NCBI GenBank assembly: GCA_013239625.1
Contig: MU055574.1
Location: 16,733,716-16,797,715 of the forward strand
DNA length: 64,000 nt
From: Lama guanicoe
Taxonomy: Eukaryota
Reading direction: 5' to 3'
Shown in pieces: positions 22,380 to 32,324 of this stretch. The notes beneath the pieces are model-generated. The model saw only the letters and a program-made list of their open reading frames with translations. It did no database searches and had not been told where the DNA came from. Within the stretch, counting starts at the first letter, position 1. Every line of letters begins with the position of its first letter. Made by a program: the position numbers and the translations under genes.

Positions 22380-22995
22380 TTAAGGCCAGAGTGTTTTGGT
22401 CTAAAAAGTGAATCTGAAGGGGGAGGATGTAGCTCAGTGGTAGAGTGCCTGCTTAGTGTGCATGAGGTCCTGGGTTCAATCCCCGGTACCTCCATTAAAA
22501 AATAAATAAACCGAAGTGCATCCCACCCCACAAAAATAGCGTATCTGACCATGTGATTACTGGGTTTACAAGTCCTTCAGTGGCTCCCTGTTGCTTACAA
22601 GATAAAGTCCCTGACGACCTCTCCCCACCTTGACTTTTATCTACAACATCAAACTTCCTGTGCTTGCACTTCTTTCTTTGGGTTTTTCCTCGGGCAGAGA
22701 GGACCCACAGAGACCACACATCTGTAGGACATGTGCCCCGTCCCCCACCCCTGGCATCAGGCTCACCCCGGCTCATCTGTGATGAAGGGTTTAGCACCTG
22801 GACGGAGCTGCCCTTGGGCCCCCTCCCCCCATTCCATCAGGGACCCTTCTGTACGCCCGTGCTTCTCAGGGGCTCTCTGTATCATGCATTGTTTTGTCAT
22901 TGTCCCTTGTGTATAAGGTTGCTCCTTGTATGAAATAAGAGCTCCGAAGGGGTCTGTAACGTTGCCCTGTCTGTTTCGCTGGTACTTGGCTCCGG
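22380..22995 (+). mobile_element. L2 LINE 3' relic (split by the SINE)
   Basis: GCCAGAGTG...AATCTGA/CCATGTG...CCTTCAGTGGCTCCCTGTTGCTTACAAGATAAAGTCC resembles the L2 3' region. Confidence 0.5.
22419..22538 (+). mobile_element. tRNA-derived SINE (Vic-1-like) nested in an L2 relic
   Basis: GGGGGAGGATGTAGCTCAGTGGTAGAGTGCCTGCTTAGTGTGCATGAGGTCCTGGGTTCAATCCCCGGTACCTCCATTAAAAAATAAATAAA; degenerate TSD ending ATCTGA on both sides. Confidence 0.9.
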
Positions 22996-25273
22996 GTAGT
23001 GAGTGGATGCCCCTGCGTCTCCTTTCCTCTTCCCGGCAGTAGTCCCTCCCCAGCTCCTCACCTGCTCCTGGCTTCTCTCCCTGGGCTTCGCTCCTTCACT
23101 CCCCAGCGAACATCCTCTCTTCTGCTGCGCTGTCCACTTTCATGGTTTCTGGCTCTGCTTCTCGGGGCTCCTGTCTCGGGCCATGATCACGTATGATTCC
23201 ACAACAACTCCATACGATCAAGTTGATGGGTGAGTGAGTAGACTCTGGGAGAGGTGAGGGGAATGTTCCAGTGTCACACAGCTGTCTTGTGGCGGAGCTG
23301 GAACTTGAACACAAATCTGCGCTCGTAGGAGCAGATCTGAGCCTCTCGGTTAAGACTTTTGTGAATCAGATCGTGCTTTGTGTGCTAAGGAACCACGTAA
23401 TGAATGGTTTTCTCCAAAGTAGAAATTAATCCTTAATTTACTTGTTTTTGTAACTTGGATTTTTCAGCTTGATTTGATGGGAAATGTGTTTATTGTAAAC
23501 ATACTCGACAAGCAAATCTTACAGCATGTGAATTATATCTCAAAGAGGAAAACAAAACAAAACTGATTTTCTGAACTGTAGCAGGTTGTTCTAACTACCA
23601 GTTAACTTCAGTGTCTTCTGTGTTACCAGCTGGCTTCTTCTGCAGAGGCAGGTTTTAGTCCTTGGAAAATACTAGGGAGTGCATGGGAGTTTTTCAACTT
23701 GCTCTGCCAAGAAGGGAAAACGAATTATCTTTTAGGACCAACCTAGAAATGGACAAATGACTAAATGCTGTGCTCAAATGACTAAGCAGTAGAAAATATT
23801 TTTCTAGGAGTGTTGGGTGTGGCAGGAATGTCCTTGTCATCTTTTTTATGGATCACTTATTCATCTGTTATTTTTAGCGTTAGCCGCCTTCTCCCCCTCC
23901 CACTTTCTAGAGCAGACCGTAGCCCTTCTGAGCTCATTAAATAAATATAGCTGTATTAGCAACAAAGAGGAAACTTGCATTACATTTGTGTCAGTGTTTA
24001 AAAATGAGAGTTTTCCTCCTTAATTTTGTTGTCAGTAATTTGTCCTTTTACACTGAAGGATAATTGAAAAAAACCTCCTTTGAATGAGTTTTCTTCATTC
24101 ATGTCATTTGTATGTTTTGTGCACAGACATTAAAAGAAATGAGAGCTCAATGTACATAGCAGTTGAGTTTTGATTTTCATGTCCTATTATTTATCTTAAA
24201 AAATAAATATCTAGGGACAAATAATGATTTCTATGGAATTTAGAATAAAAGGGGGAAGAAGTCTTGGTTTAAGGGAATGGATTTGGGGCATTTTTGGTTT
24301 GGATAACGTTAGAAAAAAAATCTCCAGAATTTCTCTGAGAGATGTGATGTCAGGTAACGTTACTATTTTAGTGATGATGATGATTGAAATTTACTGAGGG
24401 AGCATGTGTAATAGGTGCAAAACTGTCTTTTCTGCTTTTCATCTTTAAAAATGTGTCTTTATCTCATCTTTTGAGGGATAATTATAAAATATGTTTTTCT
24501 TTTAGGTTAACATGACTTTAAATTTGGGCTGAACATGAATGTTAAGGCTGATCGGAAGTGAAGGGGCAAAACCATTGCACAAATGGGAGTGTGGATCATC
24601 TTACGTCTTCCCTGGGATTTGTGGGGAGAAATACGGTTGACAGTTAGATGAGGATCTACATGAAGGTTGCTAAGTAGTTCCTGGATGCTGCGCAGATACC
24701 TTACTTATGAGCAAGAGGGCCTGGGGTTCAGGGCTCTGTTCCCAGTACTCCCTAGAAGCTTGTTCCCACATGTTGTTCACATCTGATCAGCTTTGGACTT
24801 TGGCCAGCCTGGAGGGGCCAGCTTATTACATGAGCCTGGTCTAGTCACTTCCCTCCTGGGCGTCAGCCACTTCTGCTGAGAAATGAAGGTGTGGTTCCCA
24901 GTGCCCTTGCAAACACATCGTGTGTGTCTGCAGACTTTCCCAATATTACAAGGTCTGTTTTGAGCTTGTGGGTCCGGCCTTTATACTTCTCTCTTCCCTC
25001 CAAGTAACCCAAGCATCTGAATCTATTCCCTCCCTGTACTTTCATCTGTGTCGTCTTCCATGTCCTTCTCTGTAACAGTGATGAGTCTGTGGAAAGAAAA
25101 ATCAAACATTTCCTTGTTTCTTATCCAACCACAGATCCTCATTTAACTTCTCCGACCGATTCTCTCTAAAGCACCATGACCTTGAAAACAAGATAAATAT
25201 TGCCTTGAAATTTGGAATAGATGTGTGACTGATGGTGGCTTACTCTGCCCCAGAACTTGATGGGAATGAAGGC

Positions 25274-25771
25274 TGTATAAGTCAGGGTTCTCCAGAAATA
25301 CAGAACCAAGAGGATGGGTGAAAAAATATATAAAGAGATTTATTATAAGAAATTGGCTCATGTGGTTACGTTGATGGGCTGGTCCCAAGCTCCACAGTGA
25401 GTCAGTCCACTGGAGCCTGGGAGAGGTGGTGGTGTGTGTGGTTCTGTCCGAGGACTGGCAGGCTTGAGACCCAGGATGAGCCAATATTTCAGTTCAGGTC
25501 AAAAGGCAGGAAAAAGCCAATATCCCAGTTTGAAGGCCGTTGGGCAGGAGGGGGAGGACTTGGGGGAGGGTCAGACTTTTGCTCTAGCCAGGCCTTCGGC
25601 TAATTGGGTGAGGCCCACCATAGTAGGGAGGGCAGTCTGCCTCACTCAGTCCACCCATTTAAATGTGACTCTCATCCCCAAACACCCTCAGAAACTTCCA
25701 GGATAATGTGTGACTCCACTCTGGCCACCCCCGTGGCCCAGTTAGGTTGACACATAGAATGAACCATCACA
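25274..25771 (-). mobile_element. Solo ERVL LTR (MLT2B-like)
   Basis: TG...CA termini: TGTATAAGTCAGGGTTCTCCAGAAATACAGAACCAA...GAGATTTATTATAAGAAATTGGCTCA...GTTGACACATAGAATGAACCATCACA. 5-bp TSD AAGGC/GAGGC. Confidence 0.88.
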
Positions 25772-26224
25772 GAGGCTCAATCAGGATAAAGACAGGAAGC
25801 ATCACTGAACTAGAGGAGTCATGAAGTAACTTCTCACTTGCGTTTTTGACTAAGTTCAGGTTAAACATTTTCTCTGCAACGTGCAGTGTTGATTGAGATG
25901 CTAGTTCTCTTGAAACGGAATCACATGTTAGCAAACTTCTTGATCTTGGGAAGGCCTGCTTTGGGCTGTGGGAGTCTCCCAGCCCCTTCTTCCCTTCAAC
26001 ACATGTAAGCATCTGAATTCATTTTCTTCCTGTGAATTCACCTGCATTTTGTCCCAAGTTTTGGGTGGAGAGGTCTAGGTGGGCTGAAGGCTATCAAAGT
26101 GTTTCTGACAAAATTTGAAGATTCCCTGTGTATCATTCAGGATGGAACTGTCTTTTCCTTCCAGTGATGCTTTGATGTACAGTCATATAAATACGTTAAA
26201 TGATGCCTTTAAAAATACTTTATA

Positions 26225-26473
26225 CTCCCAGTCTATATAAAGTATTTCAAAATTTGTGGATACTGACAGGCATATGCAGAATAGATAAACAAGATTATAC
26301 TGTACAGCACAGGGAAATATATACAAGATCTTGTGGTAGCTCACAGCGAAAAAAAATGTGATAATGAATATATGTATGTTCATGTATAACTGACAAATTG
26401 TGCTCTACACTGGAATTTGACACAACATTGTAAAATGACTAACTCAATAAAAAAATGTTTAAAAAAAACTCTT
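26225..26473 (+). mobile_element. 5'-truncated younger LINE-1 3' end (camelid/artiodactyl L1) with 14-bp TSD
   Basis: AATAGATAAACAAGATTATACTGTACAGCACAGGGAAATATAT...GACACAACATTGTAAAATGACT...AATAAA + A tail. TSD AAAAATACTTTATA at 26211-26224 and 26474-26487, at a TT/AAAA endonuclease site. Confidence 0.9.
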
Positions 26474-27022
26474 AAAAATACTTTATAAACACAGAAGTCA
26501 GTGAAAGTATGAGGTTGTCATCTTCCCTAATCTGTAGTGATTGACATAGATGTGGGTTTTGTTTTATTTTATATTTTGTTTTTTAATCTACTGTGGATGG
26601 CAGCGGCTTCTTTACCGCCTGGTACCCAACACCTCATTGGTTTTCTTTCCTCTTATGCCTCTACTTACCTCCTCTCTCCTCTCCCCTCCCGCACCCTGAG
26701 CCCCTAGAAAGCATCTGATAAACTGTTTCACATGGAGGTATCAATGAGGGATGAGCTTTAATACAGTATCCAACCTAGAAACATCTACGTATTATTAGAA
26801 GACAAAATAATGTATTTCTCATTGTGGGTTTTCAAGTATCAGCTGGAGAAAATACTTGTGAGACTGAATTTGAAGCCTAGTTTTGCTGGGACTTACAGCT
26901 CCTGGAGGGTGTAGTTTATAGTCACATAATACCTATCCATTACTTCTGGAATCTAGAGTTCTGTAATATGCAAGACCCAGAAGAGGTTTGCAGTTCAGTT
27001 TGAACGGCCCGTTAGTCTAGAA

Positions 27023-27192
27023 CAGTGGTCCTCACTGAGGCCAGGCACCAGGGTAGCTGGAGGTGCTTTTGAAATGTCAGCTTTCCTGGGCCTCATGCGT
27101 ACTGAGTGGGGGCATCAGCAGAGGACCTGGGCATTTTCATTTTTAAAAGTCAGCAAGTCTTTCTGGTATTGACTCAAGGCTGACACCAGTGG
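27023..27192. mobile_element. MER5A-like hAT-Charlie MITE relic
   Basis: CTAGAACAGTGGTCCTCA...TTTTGAAATGTCAGCTTTCCTGGGCCTCA...ACCTGGGCATTTTCATTTTTAAAAG...ACACCAGTG. Confidence 0.55.
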
Positions 27193-28459
27193 GCTGTTAC
27201 ATCTCTAATAAAGGCATACAGAATCTTAAATGAGGTTAAATCCACTACGGAGACTGAGATTCTTCAGTGCACTCTGGGGCTTTGTTGTTTTGCTGAAAAA
27301 CAATGATGAATCAACACAGTATTTGTGTAGACCTTGTAGCCATCGTATTGCTTTCATGTAGGAAAATTGCACAATGACCTTCCTAAGAAATAGATATGGA
27401 GAACTTGGACGGGGCTGGGGAGTAGCCAGAATCTGTACTGCTTTTCTCTGGGGAGAGACTGAGGGGAGATAGTGTTCAATGTTGGAGATCCTTCAAAATA
27501 TCATCTATGCCAGGATCAAGGACTGACCTGGAAAGTGCTGTGAAGCGTTAGACTGGATGCTAAACTTGGCGAAACTAGAGATGCAGTTGCTGCAAAAGGA
27601 ATGCCACAGTTCTAGTACCAAATTATTACTGCAGACCTTCCCTTGAACACTGAGATTGCTCTGAACATCATTTGAAGCCTGGCTTGTTGTTCTGCTCTGA
27701 ATCCCTGAATTGGCAAGTTTCTAGAGCCTTTCTTCACCTATTCATTTATGTTGAAATGAAGGTAATACTTATACATAAAGTGCTTTGATGTCCTTGGAAG
27801 AAAAGAAAGTGGCTCCTAGAGTTTGTATTTCCTTACCAACTCGTGACTTCAGTTTTGAAGAAGTACATAGAAATTTCCACATGTGAATAGTATGTGCCTT
27901 ACTCTTATTCAGACGTATAGATGGTGATTATTCTCTAATACATTTAAAATAGGAGTCAAAGCTCTATTTGCCTTTATGCCTGAAGTTCATCTGCTTCGTA
28001 TTATTTTGAGTCATTCTCAGAATGTGCAGAAATGTACAGCCACTGCCGCCATTCATCCAGCTTTGGTTTGTGTGCTGTTCAGGAATCTGGTTAAAGATCA
28101 GAAGCTGTGAATGTAAATGAAACAAAGTGGAAGAACTGACTTACAGCTGTGCGCCCACCTTAAGTCAGGGTGGTTTTCGGTGCTGGAGTTCTCCAGAGGT
28201 TGTGGCACAAGTGCTGTATGGGGACCCCCGGTTTTCTTTTTTTCTGGGGGCCATCCTGATGAAGTTCAGGGCTCTCTAACTCCATGTGTTTTGGTAGGAG
28301 GGCTTGAGGTAGGGGTGAGCAGGGAAGACTAATTTCAACCGTGCGACGTCAGCTGAAATGATCTTTTCCTTAAAGTTTGTGAAGGGGATCACATTTTAAA
28401 TTCTGACCCATGAAAACGTCTCGTTTTTATTTAAATTAGTCCTGTGCTTGCTTGAACAG

Positions 28460-28645
28460 ATCCAGCAATGGGAGCAGAACCTGGAGAAATTTCACATGGA
28501 TCTATTCAGGATGCGCTGCTATCTGGCCAGCCTGCAAGGCGGGGAGTTGCCGAACCCCAAGAGCCTCCTGGCTGCCGCCAGCCGCCCCTCCAAGCTGGCC
28601 CTCGGCCGGTTGGGCGTCTTGTCAGTTTCCTCTTTCCACGCTCTG
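28460..28645 (+). CDS. TIAM2: TIAM2 coding exon (186 nt, phase 0 to 0); coiled-coil/Ex region
   Basis: AACAG|ATC; [62 protein letters not shown]; donor CTG|GTGAGT. Confidence 0.97.
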
Positions 28646-29328
28646 GTGAGTTTCCGAGGAAGGCTGTTCAGCGCTGTGCAGGGAGCACTGCAGATGCTCA
28701 CCTTTCTCCAGCCTTTTGACGTCGGCTCTGCTGTGACTTAACCCAGTAACTGCCCAGGGCCACCCAGGGGGCTGGGGCTGGGGGAAGCGGGGCTGGAGGC
28801 ATCCTGCTGGAGAGTCCTGGCTTCTCTGCTGCTTATTCTCGGCATCTCACTACTAGTGCACGTTATTAAATATTCACATCTGCATCTGCCCTTCCGTCTG
28901 TTCCACCTCGTACAGTCAGGAGGGCAGAATCCCTGAGGAGAAGCAACAATGGTGTGAAGAATTAAAGGGCTGATGGAAGGCTGTTTGCTCTGTTCGGCTG
29001 GGAGCCCCACTGGGTTTTCAGAAATCGCTCCTGTGTGGGTGGCTTCTGTGGATGATACTGGCTCAGCCTGGGGTTTCTGCGGGTTGTTCTGCTGACCCGG
29101 CTGCGCACCCTGGAGAGATGTGAATGTTGTCACTAGACCTGTGTTGTCCAGATAGGAGATATCTCTGTGGCAGATGCATTTCTGGTATGTCAGTTGCACG
29201 GCAGCTTTGGGGGCTGGTCAGAACACATTTATAGCGAGCAGAGTTTACTTCTGTTAGGGCAATGGTTAATTCTCTCTGTCACCCAAGTAATGTGCTTTAA
29301 TATTTTTCTAAACTGTGTTTTAAATTAG

Positions 29329-29475
29329 GTATGTTCTAGAGATGACTGTGCTCTCCGGAAAAGAACTCTCTCACTGACCCAGCGAGGAAGACACAAGAAG
29401 GGCTTATTTTCTTCATTAAAAGGGCTGGACACACTCGCAAGAAGAGGGAAGGAGAAAAGGCTGTCTGTAACTCAG
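29329..29475 (+). CDS. TIAM2: TIAM2 coding exon (147 nt, phase 0 to 0); GC donor
   Basis: AAATTAG|GTATGT; VCSRDDCALRKRTLSLTQRGRHKKGLFSSLKGLDTLARRGKEKRLSVTQ; non-canonical donor CAG|GCAAGC. Too short to appear in the ORF track. Confidence 0.92.
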
Positions 29476-31557
29476 GCAAGCTGCTCGGCGTGGGCGGGAC
29501 AGACAGCAGACCTAGCGGGAGATCCTGGATATCCCACGAAACATAAATGTTGCTCATCCTTCAAATGAGATCAAAGCTAGGGCAAAGGGATGCAGTCTTG
29601 GCGTGGGCTTTTCCCCCAAGTGAAAGCACACAAGTTGCTCAGTCTCTTTTCGGCACTCCCAAAGAGGTGTTCACACCTCGCCCACACCTGCAGCGCTTGG
29701 AAACACAAAAATAACAATTGTCAGAAAAGAACCCACACTTGTCGCTGCCTTTGGAAGTGTCATTGGTTTTGTATTACAATCAACACGTTAAGTTAATAGC
29801 GATCAGTAACAGCAGCCAAATTCTGTTGCTGGTGCCAGACACCTTACTGATTTAATCGGTGTGACACAAAGTGGGCCTTTTGTTGTCACATTTTAGAGGT
29901 GAGGAGCCTGAGACCAGGGGAGGTTAAGTTACTTCCTTGCCCCGTCAGCACAGTACCCGAGGGGCAGGGCTGGGACTTGGTCTCCCCTCAACACTGGGCC
30001 ATTGCTGCTGCTTAGTTCTCTAGAGGAAGGGCGGCTGTTTGAACATTTTATCAAGTGAAAATAGCCTGAGCACTTATTGTCCAAATGTGGCCCATGTACA
30101 GTGAATTGCTTTCGGGACATTTTGAATCCTCATGTCTGAATTTCGCCCCCAGTGCCGCTTTACGGTGTGTGATAATGATGTTTTATGTGGCTGGGTGATG
30201 TGGCTTAAGATTATTATTTTTTCAAAGACTATTGAAAAGGTGAGTTATCATGATCTGATCCTTTAAGTGAAGAAAGAAATGTGTGCAGTGACGTCTGCGG
30301 AAGTTCTTGCTTTCGCGTCCAACTGGGTGCTGTTGTTCGGGATATGCTGGAAGACAGGGCACATTTTATGGAACTTGTTTTTCTAAGTTAACGTGGATGC
30401 TTACTGGATTGTATATAACAGTTCTGTGAATTAGGTGAATCACAGGGATAGAATCGACTTCTCTGACCTGTCTGTAACCCTGAAACAGTGAGAGTGGGGG
30501 TGGTGTGGAGTGGGTTGTCTGACTGAAAGACGGTGAAAACACAAACTCCACTTACTTGGCCGCTGTGTCTGTATACCCATATACAATGGGAAAGAATAGC
30601 ATATTTAAAAATTGTGGCTCTGCTTGTACTTTAATTGTGAAAGTCATCATTTGCTGGTTATAAATGGAAATACATGTCTTTATTATAGACGATAGTCCAC
30701 TATAACTTGCCTAACGTTGGGCTTATGTCTTTGAACTGAATGTCTGTGACACTTGAATAATGTCTTTGAGGCAAATTCTGATTTTAATCAAGACAGCCAA
30801 TTCTATATAATTAAATGGCAACAGTAAATATCTTGATATTTGCTTATTTTTCTTAAATGTGGACATACGGCTGATTAGATAAGAGCCTAATATGGTCTTT
30901 ACCCCATTATATGTGGTAAATATCCTTAGTGTAAGCTTTCTTGAGACAAAAGCATTTGGCTGAATATTTTTGCTTTAAAGATACGAAACTAATTGTAGTG
31001 CTGGTGTTTATGTAACTGAACACGGTTGGTGTCGTAGGTATCCATAAATGGCCTATTCTTTAATGTTTAGTATTCTCCCGCAAAATCTAGAAGATAAAAA
31101 TGGGAGAAGGAAAAGGAAATTGTTCCTAGCCCCTCCACCCAAGCATGACCACTTTTAATGTTTAGTTTTATTTCTTACCGATATTTGTTCTATGCACATT
31201 TTAAAAATGGTTATATGCTTGATTTTGGTAGCTTGCCAACTGAACTTCCAATTTCTCTTCGGCATCTTGAGAAGTGTGTACTTCCTGGTTAAAATCAACA
31301 TCGAGAAGATCCAGGATGACTTGAATAATATGTAATAAGGAAAAGTAAAATGTATAACCGTATAGGAAGGAAAAAAAGCAACTTTTCTTTTAAAGTTAAA
31401 TTTTTAAATGTAGTGGAGTAGTAAATAGTACAAACTGTGGTATGAAGATCTTACAAAATGTGCTGGAACTTAATTTTTTAAATATTGAGAAAGGGTAGCT
31501 GCCAAACGGGTACGGCAGAGCCATTTCATTCATCTCTTTTCCCTTCCTGCCTGTCAG

Positions 31558-31629
31558 ATATTTGATTCCAGCGGCAGCCATGGATTTCCTGGGACTCAGC
31601 TACCTCAGAACTCCACTAACTCCAGTGAG
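31558..31629 (+). CDS. TIAM2: TIAM2 alternative cassette exon (72 nt; IFDSSGSHGFPGTQLPQNSTNSSE)
   Basis: Long pyrimidine tract + TGTCAG|ATA, 24 open codons in phase 0, consensus donor GAG|GTAAGT. The peptide matches the 24-aa insert I recall from a human TIAM2 isoform and mouse STEF. Confidence 0.88.
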
Positions 31630-31959
31630 GTAAGTGCGGCTGTGGGCGGCCGCCGTCGTGTACTTGGAGGACACGAGTGTTAAGTCGGGGCTGCTAGCTC
31701 AGGGTCTCCACGTGCGTCCGTGGAGAGTAAATTCAGGAGTTTAAACGGTCCTGAGTAGGTAACAGATATTCTCAAAACGCCAAGTGTTTCTGCAGGTATC
31801 TGAACTCATGCCAACTCCGCCTTAGAAGCAGCCTAGCTGGACGGGAGTCAGAACTGCAGCCTTCGTTTTCTTGTCCCTGTTCCTCAGCAGTACTTGCCCT
31901 TCATTTGACAGTTTAATGAATCTAGACCTACATTTTCCTCTCAGGATGTTAGGGATCTT

Positions 31960-31983
31960 CACACACACACACACACACACACG
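31960..31983. repeat. (CA)n microsatellite
   Basis: About 12 CA units. Confidence 0.9.
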
Positions 31984-32195
31984 GTACCTCCTAAGTGTCC
32001 TCAGTGGAGCCGAGCACGGGGGCCCCCTTCCCGTCCCCAGAATGACTTCTGACTGAGCAAATCCTCAGAACCACTTCTGGATGGAATTCTGAAGTAGGGT
32101 GAAGGGGGCCTGGGTGAGCTTATGCTGCTTCTTTGCATCTTTTTCAAATCCACACCTTCCCCTTAAAGCTGTGTTTCACGTTATGATCTTTCTGT

Positions 32196-32324
32196 CTTTT
32201 TGTTGTTGTTGTTGTTTTGTGGGGAGGGGGAGAGGTAATTAAGTTCATTTATTTAATTGTTTATTTAATGGAGGGACCTCGTGCATGCTGAGCATGTCCT
32301 CTACCACTGAGCTACACCCTCCCC
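32196..32324 (-). mobile_element. tRNA-derived SINE (Vic-1-like) with internal B-box deletion
   Basis: ATGGAGG|GACCTCGTGCATGCTGAGCATGTCCTCTACCACTGAGCTACACCCTCCCC lacks the TACTGGGGATTGAACCCAG segment present in sister copies. Confidence 0.85.

Noticed and set aside
22419-22495. tRNA gene-like sequences (also 56239-56312 and the antisense copies)
   Set aside because: These are A/B-box heads followed by AT-rich/poly-A tails and TSDs, present in eight diverged copies. They are SINEs, not tRNA genes.
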